Part shown: positions 12,714-25,110 of the stretch, one piece after another
Layout: the number at the start of each line of letters is the position of its first letter
Numbering within the stretch: the stretch's first letter is position 1
Source of the DNA: Octopus bimaculoides
Taxonomy: Eukaryota
Assembly: GCF_001194135.2 (NCBI RefSeq)
Contig: NC_068998.1
Location: 44,028,260 to 44,082,040, forward strand
Length of the DNA stretch: 53,781 bases
Direction: 5' to 3'
The notes under the pieces: generated by a model
Seen by the model: only the letters and a program-made list of their open reading frames with translations
Database searches by the model: none
Told to the model about the DNA's origin: nothing
Position numbers and translations under genes: made by a program

Positions 12714-14297
12714 CTTATACATGTGCACATATACGCACAAACAGGTGCACACACATATATGTATGTATAAATATATGTAATCAAAAACAACTTTATATAA
12801 ATATACAGATATATATTTTGTATATATGTATCGTCACTAAGCTACACTTTTTTTTAAATATTGCATTTTGTATACATGAGACAATCGGAAATGTATCTAA
12901 AAAATTCTTGTGTTATAAATTAGTAATTATAACTCTTGTTTTGTCATTTTTAAATTGTTTTCTTCTTTTCTTATCATTTGTTCTTTGTTCCTTCAGGTGT
13001 TTGTTTGTTTGTGGCTCCTTTCTTTTCACTAATTTTACTTTGACAAATTTCAGTTCAGTTTGTTATTTTTGATTTGTAATTTTTATTTAGTAAATCATTT
13101 ATAGTTTTTTTTTCATTTAAGTTTTAATTTGTTTCTCTTTTTCTCTTTTCTACCTTCTTAGGTTCTCACACTTTCTCCTACTCTTCTTCTTTCTTCTTTT
13201 CAACCTTCTCTCTCTTTCTCTCAATCTTTCTCAAGTTTTTACTTGCATTACACTATTACCTGCTTCATCCTCTCATTTTTTCACCTCATCCTTTTGTCAT
13301 CTTTTATTCTCATCCAAGTTACTACTTTTCCGCATCCTTCTCTCTCTCTCACTCTGTTTTGCTCATATTCTCTCAATCTACTGTTTCTGTCAATCCATCC
13401 AAAAATCCATCTCTCTCTTTCTCTCTCTCTATCCATCCCTCTCTGCCTGTCTATCTATCTGTCAAATTTTTATCCATTTTATTTCCTTATAACTCTTCAT
13501 TTTGCCTCACTTGTCATTAGATTCACACCAAGGTGTATTCGTTCCAGTATAGTTCTTATTAGATAAATGTATATAAATATTTATTTACATTTATACATAT
13601 AAAGTGAAAGCGAAAGTAGAAATACACGTTTATTTATAAGACTACACTTGTTTTTCCTAACTTTTTATATTAACTTCAGCTCGCATTCTTTCAACACTAG
13701 TAACATAAGATTTTGTTTTGAATTTTCTAATTAGTGCTTTTTTTTTCCTTTCTTGTGGTCATGTGACCCAATTATTCCACCCCCTTCCCTCATTCAGCAT
13801 GCTGCATTGATCTTTAAAAGAGGGAAGGTGCTTCACACATACAGCACCAAGAAGATCTAAAATTGTCAACACTACTACCATCACCATCATCACCAAACAA
13901 TAACCTGGGGAAGGTGAGAAAACAACAGCAAAAAGAAAAACAAACAAACAAACAAATGAATGAGTAACAGCCAGAAGAGAAAGAAGGAGAGGAAACAGAT
14001 GAATAAAAACTCACACACACACATACAAAGGCACATACCATTACATAAAATATTCAAGTATATTCAGAAATTCAGAAATACAAAGACAACATATTTCACT
14101 GAACTTAGATAAAAATTTCGCAATATTCGATTTTAACTTTAGTAAATAGATTTGGATAAGTTATTTATTGTTTTTGTTTGTTTTTCGTTTTCTGTGTTTT
14201 GTTTCATTCTTCACTTTTTCTTTATTCTTTAAAGCAAAAAAAAAAACACACTTCTTTTCGCAACTATTCATTATCCAGATCAATTTTAATTTATTCC

Positions 14298-14340
<43 letters not shown>

Positions 14341-14672
14341 GGTTTGAAATTTCTTTCTGTTTTTTTATTTCTTTTGTTCTTTTAATTTTTTCTTACTATC
14401 CCAGAAGTTATCGCCGTTCACACACGTCTTCATCTTTGGGTCCCAATACATTTCACTCCAACTTCAACTGCTGCCTCTCACATAACTTTATCTCCTCATA
14501 CCTTCACTTTCATCCACACCCCAATTCCTCCAACTCTTTTCCTCATTGCAACCATTCATATTATTTATATTATAACAATAATAATAATTATTATTATTAT
14601 ATTATTATTATAATTAGCTTTTGATCATTCTTTTAATTTGCATAATTAATTCCAGTACAAAGATAAAAAAAA

Positions 14673-14737
<65 letters not shown>

Positions 14738-15989
14738 CATTCATAATTTTATGTATACATGTGTAAGTAAAACTTACAGGAAAGAAAAGTGAATGACACT
14801 TGAACCAAAACAACCAAAACTAAACTCTTCATGAAGTTATCCATAGAAGAAAATGAATTACACGTAAAAGTGTGTGTGGGAATGTGCAGGGAAAAGACAA
14901 ACTGACAAAAGAAAAAGGGAGAAAAAAAACCCCAGAAAACCCAGCACTACCACCTCTATTTTTTACTACTACAAGTCTTGTACATCACGCTTGCACACAT
15001 ACACACACACATGTGCACACTCACCAAAATGAAAAAACAAAAAACATTTTAAATGCTAGCAAATTAGAAAAGAATACAAAACAAGCATGATGTCAAAATG
15101 TAAGGTAAAAACCAGTGATACCTTTAACGAGGGGAAGAATGTATAGTCATATATATATACAGGTATAAATATATAGGTATACATAGATATACATGTATAA
15201 ATACATATACACTTATACATTAGCAGAAATATATAATTAGCAATCATTCTGTATTGGTTAGTAAATAATTAATCAAACAAAAAACCCGATGCATGAACGC
15301 AAAGAAAAAAAAGAAAAGAAAAAGGAAGGGAAACTGGACAACCTGCTGATGTGACGGGGGACAATATCAGCCATCTGAGATACCTAATATTAACAACCCC
15401 AAGATATATTGGCTAATGTCACTCACACCTGAGATATTTCGACCAGTTGCTTTGGTCGACAGTCGCATACATCTGCAACAATACTATACACCTTCAGGGG
15501 GGGTTTCTTATCAATAACATCATCTCATTATTATTATTATTATTATTATTCATTATTATTTATTATTATTATTATTATCATCATTATTATTATTACTACT
15601 ACTATTATTATCATTATTTATAAACAATGAAATTCCTAGGTTGAAGAAGATGGTAAAGAAAGTTTGATTAAAAGGGAAGCAAAAAAAAAAAAATAAGTGG
15701 GGAGAAAAAAAAAACGGAAGAAAGACGACATTAAAAAAAGAAAAGAAAAAGGCAAAAAAAAAAGGATTCGTAATCATTTTTGTTGTTACTGCTACTGTCA
15801 TTGCATTCGGTGTTGTTGTTGTTGTTGTTGTGATTGTTGCTGTTGTTTGCTAAGAAGTAAACAGACCCACCACCTTTCTTGTTAGCATCAAATTCCTCTT
15901 TAATTTGTTTGTATTTCATTTCTTGAGAGTGGTGCTGTTGTTGTAGTTGTTGTTGTTGTTGTTGTTGCCGTTGTCATAACAACACAATC

Positions 15990-16200
15990 ATGGAGAATAC
16001 TAAGAAGGTAGTAAATACAGATAAAAATTTGACTATAGCCACCCCTACCACCCGAACAATTGTATCCATAAAAAATGGATCTATTACAGAAAGTGAAACT
16101 ACTCAAGAAATAGACCCGAATCTCACATATATTGAGAAACTTCAACTAAAATACAAATGCTGTCTTCTAGACTGGATTATCGTGTGTTTTTGTAAAAAAG
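15990..16200 (+). CDS. Probable first coding exon of an unidentified gene (MENTKK...KCCLLDWIIVCFCKK, phase-1 intron)
   Basis: Non-repetitive 70-codon frame. Strong start context acaatcATGG, in-frame upstream TGA at 15924, and a perfect donor AAG|GTAAGT at 16200/16201. Confidence 0.55.
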
Positions 16201-16573
16201 GTAAGTTCATTTTGCTATGATTCGTCTCTGTGCCTCTCTATTAATAATACTGCATGCAGGTCAAAGCATACGCTATGTTACGTTAGACATATGTGTAACG
16301 ACAGAGGATAAGCGATTGATGTAAGCCAGCAGCAGGAGAAATTAGGGATGAAATGTGACCGGTTTGATAGCCTAGAAAGACTAGGACTGGGAGAAAAGAA
16401 GGGTATTTCAACCATGTAGTACATGGTAAAGTTTATTTGTGTACACATCTGGGAAAGCATATAAAAGTTGTGTGTGTATGTATGTAGATATTTAGAAATA
16501 TCTAAATATGTTTGTATGTGTCCGTATTTATATACACACACACAGACACACATATATATATATATACATATAT

Positions 16574-16630
<57 letters not shown>

Positions 16631-17168
16631 ATTTTTATATACGTATAGACGCATACACCCACATGAACATGTCTCTTTGTGTATTTAATTATTTGTGTGT
16701 AAATAAAATGTTAGCATACGTAAATGAAAGCATGGATGTGAAATGGAATAAAAATGTCCCACAACCTGTGGGATTTGTACCTCTATGAAATGTTGAAGGC
16801 TTTTAAAGTAACCCCGGCAGGGAAGGACCAAAACCTCCCCAATGTGGAGGTTAGATGATGTTCAACTTGGTGTCAAACCAGTTGCGAGAAACAGGTAGCC
16901 AACTACTCACCACTACTTCGCATAAATGATAACATACAATAGAGATGGTTAAGATATTTAAGAATGAATTATGCAGAAATATATAAGATGTCTACATGTG
17001 TGGGATGAGACAGAAGGGAAAAACTGATTCACCCACGTAAGAAATTGAACCTTACATCTCTCTCTCACTTGCTTAGTGATCCTGCTACAAATTACACCAA
17101 CCAGATTCTCATTCTCACCCTCTCTTCCCTCTTTCTTTCTCTCTCTCTATACATATATGTATGTGCAT

Positions 17169-17204
<36 letters not shown>

Positions 17205-17914
17205 ATGTGTGTACATATGTATATATTGTTCTATCTGAAAGTTCAAACTTTGTAATATAATACAGAAAAGTTTTAAACTTTGTGTATACTGTTATTTATA
17301 TTTTAAGGGTGTCATGTAAACACAATGATAAAAGGAATAGATAGACAGTCTGCTGCAAGACACTGCGTGTATTAATTTTTGTATCAATGATATATACATG
17401 ATGTATTTCAGAATGAGAAGAAATTCCTCAACTACTGCAAGAAATATGATGTTCAGCATGCTTAATGTATTTTCAATGTAGAAAAGTTCTTTTGAGTTGA
17501 TTAATCTGATAGTAGCACATTAATTACAAAATTGTTATCTATTTATTTATCTAATTATTCTTCTGTATAACTAAATGCTAGATGTCTATATTTTTACTAT
17601 GTATTTCTGCCGGTCTACTGATGTATGCACGTCTACCCATCAATGTCTGTGTGAAACAAATAATTCAATTACTATAGGTATGACCAATATATGCGTTCTC
17701 ATTTTTGTCACTATAGGCAGCAAGATTTACGGAAAACAGAGGCATTCTCAATTTTCTCAACATGAATAGCCAACTATGAAAATAATTATAGAAGCCTGTC
17801 TGTGTGTATATATACAGGTGTATGAGTGTATATAAGTGTATCTGAATAAATATATACGTTTGTCTGTATATTCATACATGCATACCTGTGTGTGGGTATA
17901 TATATACATATATA

Positions 17915-18390
17915 TTCTTTTATACTTTTATACTTTCACATGTTTCAGTCATTTGTCTGTGGCCATGCTGGAGCACCACCTTAAAGGGATTTAGTCACAG
18001 AAATCGACCCCCAGGATTTGTTCTTTGTAAGCTGAGAACTTATTCTATCAGTCTGTTTAGCCAAACAGCTAAGTTATGGGGGACATAAACAGATCAACAT
18101 CGGTTGTCAAGCAATGGTAGGGAGGAACAGAGACACACACTCATTAATATGCATACATATGTGTGTGTGTGTGTGTATGTGTGTGTCTATATATATATTC
18201 GTAAATTCTCCTATATATATATATATATATATATGACAGGCTTTTTCAGTTTCTGTCTACCAAAACCACAACAAAGCTTTGATCTGCCCAAAGCTATAAT
18301 AGAAGACACTGGCCCATGGTGGCATCTAGTGGGACTGAACCCCGGACGATGTGATTGGGAAGCAAGCTTCCTATCGCACAGCCATGCCTT
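17915..18390 (-). mobile_element. SINE family A
   Basis: Tail, body and head are all recognisable. Confidence 0.85.
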
Positions 18391-18639
18391 ATATATATAT
18401 ATATATATATATNNNNNNNNNNNNNNNNNNNNNNNNNNNNNNNNNNNNNNNNNNNNNNNNNNNNNNNNNNNNNNNNNNNNNNNNNNNNNNNNNNNNNNNN
18501 NNNNNNNNNNNNNNNNNNNNNNNNNNNNNNNNNNNNNNNNNNNNNNNNNNNNNNNNNNNNNATATGTGTGTGTGTGTGTGTATGTGTGTGTCTATATATA
18601 TATTCGTAAATTCTCCTATATATATATATATATATATAT

Positions 18640-18802
18640 GACAGGCTTCCTTCAGTTTCCATCTATCAAATTCACTCACAAGGCTTTGGTTGGCCCAAGG
18701 CTATAGTAGAAAACTCATGCTCAAGGTGCTACACTGTGGGACTTAACCCAGAACAGTGTGGTTGGGAAGCAAGCTACTTAGAACACAGCCACTCCTACAC
18801 CT
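18640..18802 (-). mobile_element. SINE family A, 5' half
   Basis: cttcagtttccatctatcaaattcactcacaaggctttgg...cagccactcctacacc. Confidence 0.85.
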
Positions 18803-18870
18803 ATATATATATATATATGTATGTATGTATGAATCAACATATGTTTATATAGGCATGTGAATGTATGTAT

Positions 18871-19172
18871 CTTCTTTTATCTTTTATTTGTTTCAGTCAC
18901 AGGAGTGTGGCCATGCTGGGGCACCGCCCTAAAGAGTTTAGCAGAACAAATCAGCTTTTGCTGAACTGTTAAGTTATAGGGGAAAAAACAAACCGACAAT
19001 GGTTGCCAAGCAGTAGAGAGCAGAAACACAAAGACAAACATACACAGTCACACACACACACACACAGTCACTCGCACACACACTCACATGCACCTGACAG
19101 GGTGCCACGGAGAAAGACTGAACTTGAAGCCTTGAGGTTGAGAAGCAAAATTATTACCACACAGCCACATCT
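18871..19172 (-). mobile_element. SINE family A, internally deleted
   Basis: Tail and head are present; the central aagcc/actcac segment is missing. Confidence 0.75.
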
Positions 19173-19396
19173 ACATATATATGCATGTGTGTGTGTATGT
19201 ATTTATTATGTGCAGCTTAGTGTATGTATACATATATATATATATACACATCCATGTGAAAGAATGTAAATGCATAAAGGTAAGCATGTATGTATATATG
19301 TATTTCAGTGTGAGTATATATAAATGTATATACCTATATTTGCACGTGTGTGTGTGTACATTTATATCTCTGTTTTTATGTGCATATGTCTATATG

Positions 19397-19470
<74 letters not shown>

Positions 19471-19661
19471 ACATTTAAGTATGTGTATATATATATGTGT
19501 ATATGTATCTGTGAATATCTGTACATATATGCATATACATCTGTACACATATGTATATGCATGTACATGTTTTCATATATAAGTGTGTGTATCTATGTGT
19601 ATATACGTCTGTATGCATCTGTAGGCATATATATGTATATCCACATCTGTCTATCTCCCTC

Positions 19662-19704
<43 letters not shown>

Positions 19705-19707
<3 letters not shown>

Positions 19708-19819
19708 CGGAATAAGCACATGTGAAACAAAGTGGAAAAAAGAGTACTCAAATACCAGAGGTAGAGTAATATGCTTTATTTAAAAGCAGCAGAAATATAA
19801 GAAAAGCTTTTAAATAAAG
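19705..19819 (+). mobile_element. Short fold-back element beginning TACCGG (probable Penelope-like fragment)
   Basis: Reverse-complement homolog of 28781-28879; ends in 14-bp inverted arms (19774-19787 / 19806-19819). Confidence 0.6.
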
Positions 19820-19843
19820 TATATATGTGTGTATATATATATA

Positions 19844-20004
19844 TCTTTTACCTTTTGTTTCAGTCATTAGACTGCGGCCATGCTGGGGCACTGCCTTGAA
19901 AATTCTTTAGTTGAATGAATCGACAATAGTACTTATAATTTTTGCTTAGTAAATCTGTCACTTTTGGTTGTCAAGCAGTGGGGGTGGGGAGGCAACACCA
20001 CACA

Positions 20005-20043
<39 letters not shown>

Positions 20044-20230
20044 GCATAATTTATTAACATTTGTGTGATGGGCTTCTTTCAGTTTCCATCTACCAAATTC
20101 ACGCAGAAGGCTTTGGTTGGCTCGATGCTGTAGTAGAAGCTACTTACACAAGGTACCACACAGTGGGACTGAACCCGGAATCATTTGGTTAGAAAGCAGG
20201 CCTCTTACCATACTGCTACACCAGTGCCTA
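19844..20230 (-). mobile_element. SINE family A
   Basis: Homologous to the 26983-27396 copy. Confidence 0.85.
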
Positions 20231-20545
20231 TATATATATATATATGTATATATGTATATATATCTCTTACTTGTTTTAGTAATCAGACTGCAATCATGCT
20301 GGGTCACTGCCTTGAGGAGTTCTAATTTAATGAATTGAACCCTGCAATTAATTTTTTTAGAGCCAGGAGCTTATATTACCAGACTCTGTAGTCAAACCAC
20401 TAAGTGATGAGGATGTAAACACACTGAGACATGTCAAACACTTGTAGGGCAAAACGCACACATTCATATATATAGTCATCCATATGCATGCGTATATATG
20501 TATTTATATAAATGTGCACACAAATACTCATGCATATATATACTT

Positions 20546-20875
20546 ATGGCTCAGTGGTTAGAGCATCGGGCTCACAATCATAGGGTAGTGAGTTTGATTC
20601 CTGGACTGGGCTGTGTGTTGTATTCTTGAGCAAGACACTTTATTTCACATTGCTCCAGTTCACTCATCTGTAGAAATGAGTTGCAATGTCACTGGTGCCA
20701 AGCTGTATCAACCTTTCCCTTTCCTTTGGATAACATTGGTGGTGTGGAGAGAGGAGGCTGGTATGCATGGGCGACTGCTGGTCTTCCACAAACAACCTTG
20801 CTTGGATGTGTGCCTTGGAGGGGAACTTTCTAGGGGCAATCCCTATGGTCATTCATGACCAAAGGGAATCTTTAC
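20546..20875 (+). mobile_element. tRNA-derived SINE family D
   Basis: A box TGGCTCAGTGG, B-box-like GTTTGATTCC, then the ttgagcaagacactttatttcacattgctccagt domain and a distinct tail. Confidence 0.8.
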
Positions 20876-21380
20876 TTTTTACATATGTGCATGTAACTAC
20901 ACACACACACACACACACACACACATTTATTTGGATAATTTTTAAGCCAATGTGATAGAGTAAAAGGCTCCATACTTTTGGCAAAGTATTTTAGGGCCTA
21001 TTTAACCATGGGTATCCTATATATATATATATATATCACCCCTAGGGGTCAGCCACACTTAAGTGGCAATATACTACACTTTATCGTGCAGTTACTGTTA
21101 ATACTTCATTTAGAGAATTAACATTGCTTATATATATATTATTTTGTTTAAAAGAGTTCCAACACTGTCTGTTTTTTATGTTTTATTTATATTCCTGCAG
21201 AACCAATGTGGGGTATAGAATATGGAATATACAATATATAATATAATATACAATATATAATATAAAATAAAATAAAATAAAAATGGATGGCACCATGAAA
21301 GAAAGTATTGAATGTAGATGAAATATTGAGTGTTCAATATAAAGGATCAAATATATAAATATATAAATATAAATATATAA

Positions 21381-21425
21381 ATGCGACTCGAGTTTCAGGG
21401 CTATTTCCCTTCGTCATGGCCGGTA
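21381..21425 (-). ncRNA. Degenerate minimal type I hammerhead ribozyme
   Basis: Minus strand: GGCC AUGACGA AGGG-AAAUAG-CCCU GAAA CUCGAG UC/GCAU. Stem II, GAAA, palindromic helix III and the GUC triplet are intact; the core C3 and stem I are damaged. Confidence 0.65.
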
Positions 21426-21429
21426 TGAC

Positions 21430-21460
<31 letters not shown>

Positions 21461-21527
21461 TTTATATAAACACATATACATATGTATGTATATATGTGTG
21501 TGTGTGTGTGTGTATTTCTATATATAC

Positions 21528-21560
<33 letters not shown>

Positions 21561-23711
21561 TATAAATATCTATGTATGTATGTATTCACAAAAAATACAT
21601 TTATGAAATATATATGACAAAGTGGTAAGAAATAGAATCTTAGCATAATTTTCAAAAGTAAAACTCCCCTCATTTGTTGGCTAGTGTCAGATTCTTATTC
21701 TGGTAAGTGAAAAGTAGATATGAAAAGCTCAAAAAAGGAAACTTTTAGTTGTGAGAAAAAGTGGCCTTAATTTTGTCAAACTCAACAAAGATTGTTATAA
21801 ATTTTAAGTGATTTTTTTACCTAAATGTTTTTGTATACAGTTAGAGATATGTATGTATGTGCGTGTGTGTGTTTGAACATGTGTTTCTGTGTGTATAGTA
21901 TGGTAGTGAATTTGTTGTTCCATTACTGCATTGACCAGGATGCATTGCTGGATTTGTTTTGGTCCTCGGTAGTCCCTCCTTTCTGAGATTAACCTTCCTC
22001 GTTCTTCATTTCAAGAAGTTGAAAAAAAAGTGTAGCATGCTGTAGATCAGTGGAATGGTAAGGCGCCAGGAAGTTGCCTTGTCGTAGCTGTTGTTTCAGC
22101 TTGGTGTTTTTTGAATTCAAATCTCACCTTCATTGTCACCAGAGAATCAGGGCTCTTTGTGGGTATTATTAGAAACAAAATTTTTAAAAAAGGGTAAGAA
22201 CCCACAGTGATGGTCTTGGGAAGTTCTTGAGTTTGTGATTATATACATCAGCTGATCACTTTCTATGCCAGTCTAACAGTTATCAGGGAAGAGTGTAAGG
22301 AGACTGCAAGTCCCATGCACTGAAAGATGATATGAATATATTTATATATAAGAAAGAGATGCAATGCAATCCAGCACCCACGTGCATTTCATATAACAAC
22401 TAACCATCAATCCACTCAAAGCAACAGATATGAGATTATAAGTTTGTTTGTAATTAATACTATTTAAATCAAAATCTGAGCAGAATAGTTTTGGAACTTT
22501 GTATTTAGTTTTCAAATACTTAAAAAAAAAGTCAATGACTGAATAATTGAGTGAATTAATAAAATAAGTAAATTTTAAGAAATTAAGAAGGGTTTCTTCG
22601 ATTGCATTTTTATCTTTTTGTTATGAGAAATTTTTAAATGGATTTGTGTATATTTTTTCTTTTTTTAGTCTGCTGTTTAAATGTATTTTTATGGTATATG
22701 TTTTTCAAGCAATTTTTCCATCTTGTATATTAAGTTTCTAAGTTAAGCAGGAGAATTTTCTTTTTAACATCATGTTTCATTTGAGAGCTAATGTGTAAAC
22801 AGAGATAAACTTCCAAGAATTTTTTTTCTTTTCAGCTTATTCGTTCTAGTTTCGTTTTTCTGATCCACTTTGTGTATATTTATAAAAGTGTGTTTGTGTT
22901 TTGCAACTGTGTATATTTTCTCTATGTGTATAACTTTTTACATTGATATGCGTCATTAGAGAGCTTTCAGCCAATATGATTCTAACTGTCCTTCTGTTCA
23001 TCAATTTTCAAAAAGTCCCATTAAATAAAATTATAACCAGATGAACAGGAAATGTAAAATATCCAGCATATGCCATTAACATTAATTACTTTTCTTTGCA
23101 GTTGTAGAGGATCTCAAAATATTTAGAGGTATAATGTATAACACACTTGTATTGCATCTTGTATACGATGTGTATCTGTGGTTGAACTGTTAGAAATAAC
23201 AGCCAAATCTTCTCGTTATTAAAGTGCACTGTCATTAAAAAAGAGCCCATTGGACAATGAAGTCTTAATATACAATAATACTTAACTATAGGCATGTTTA
23301 ATGAAGGCTGTCATTTGGTTAAATAACAACTCTAGAGAGAGGAATAGCAGAGTTATCCCAGAGATAACAAAGTTAATTATGAAAATTCAAGACAATTTGA
23401 ACTTAGCTCTTCAGAACTAGATACTTCCAGGCGCTTAGTCTTCTTTTCATGTTACGCTGATTTTTGAAATTGGTACAAATTCATGTTTTTGATGATGGAA
23501 GGAAGTTACAGTGAATTATATTGCCCTACCACCCACCCCCACCCAAGAGTTGTGATATTTTATTTCATCAGCACCAAGAAAGATGAAAGCCAAAGTCCAC
23601 ACTGACAGAATTTGAACCCTGACTTCAAAATTCCATGACTAAATATTACAAGACATTTTTCTATTATTCTGCCACTCTGTTTCATTTTCATAAAGCCACA
23701 CATTTAAAATG

Positions 23712-24145
23712 AACCCTTTAGCATTTAAACCGGCCATCCAGCCAAAAAATTCTACCTGCTTTATCTTTAAACTGACCAGATCTGGCCTCTCACACTTACC
23801 CTACAATATTATTCTAAAAATAGGGTGGTGAGCTGGCAGAACCATTAGCACGCTGGACAAAATGCTCAGCGATATTTCGTCTGGTGTTACGGTCTAAGTT
23901 CAAATTCCACCAAGATCAACTTTGCCTTTCATCTTTTCGAGGTCGATTAAATAAATGCCAGTTATACTCTAGGATCGATGTAATCGACTTAATCCCTTTG
24001 TCTGTCCTTGTTTGTCCCCTCTATGTTTAGCCCCTGTGGGCAATATTGAAATCTCGAAGCTACAAGGTAATGCATGAGAAATTCATATCAATGAGATTAA
24101 ATAAGCATTATATTTGACAGAGCAATCTGAAAGTTAAAGAGTTAA
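23712..24145. mobile_element. TTAACCC-type MITE interrupted by a SINE
   Basis: Left end aacccttTagcattt, right end aaagagttaa; both halves align with 2126-2331. Confidence 0.7.
23823..24044 (+). mobile_element. SINE family B nested in the MITE
   Basis: Head gggtggtgagctggcagaaccattagcacg and B-box-like AGTTCAAATTCC. Confidence 0.9.
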
Positions 24146-24496
24146 ACAATATATTCAGTTGAGTTCATCCCGAACATACACTTGATATATGTACTAGTCC
24201 CAAAGAGAGGAACTTCAGAGTTTACCTTTGTGGGATTTGAACTCAGAATAGGTAAAACATAGTTATGTAAATCTTTTAGACCTGTACATAAGTATTTCTG
24301 TTACCAAGCCAACTAATATTGACTATGAATTTTATAGATAAGTAAAAAAGCCACTAATCAGCCCAGTGTATAGGAAATAGAGTTATTGTGGGGAGGTTAG
24401 AATTATTGAGAATGAGCTAAGTACCAATTGATATTTAAATTTTATGCTCTACTGCCCTTTCACTAACATTGTTTTAATAACAACAACCAAAATAAT

Positions 24497-24679
24497 GGTT
24501 TCAGAGTTTGGCATGAGGCCAACAATTTTGGGAGAGGGTGTAAGTCAATTACATCGACCCCCAGTTTTCCGCTGGTACTTATTTTACCAACCCTGGAAGG
24601 ATGAAAGGCAAAGTCAATGTCAGCAGAATTTGAACTCAAAGTTTAAAACAGAATAAATGCCGTTAAGCATTTTGCCCAG

Positions 24680-24710
<31 letters not shown>

Positions 24711-25110
24711 TTGATAAAAATAATTGTTTTTAATCTTGGCACAACGCCTGAATTTTGTGGGGAGCAGGTTAGTCAATTACATCAATCCCAGTACTTGACT
24801 GGTACCTTAGTTAATCAACTCCCAAAGTACCAAATGCTGGATTTGAACTCTCAAAACATGGAGATATGAAAATAAATACTCTGAGCAATTTGAGCCCATT
24901 GTTCTAATGATTGTGCTTCCTCACTAGCTTCTTTAATAATAATAATGGATTGCACTTCAGGCACCACACTAGAAATTTTAGTTAAGTGCTGTAGGTAATT
25001 AAAGTGACTTTAGTACTCAACAATTACTTTATTTTACCAACACTAAAGGAACAGAGGTGAGATGAATCTAGTGAAAACTGAACTTCAAATGAAAAGGAAT
25101 GTAACAAAAT
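24497..25110 (-). mobile_element. Three tandem SINE family B copies (about 24497-24679, 24720-24935, 24950-25110)
   Basis: Repeated gtcaattacatc..cccag...tactt.atttt...gaatttgaactc modules separated by (TAA)n. Confidence 0.75.

Noticed and set aside
15697-15989. Lys-rich and poly-Cys frames upstream of the exon
   Set aside because: A-runs and (TGT)n repeats; an in-frame stop at 15924 precedes the ATG.
21201-21212. Possible 12-nt microexon after ttcctgcag
   Set aside because: The donor GTATAG is weak and the longer reading hits a stop.
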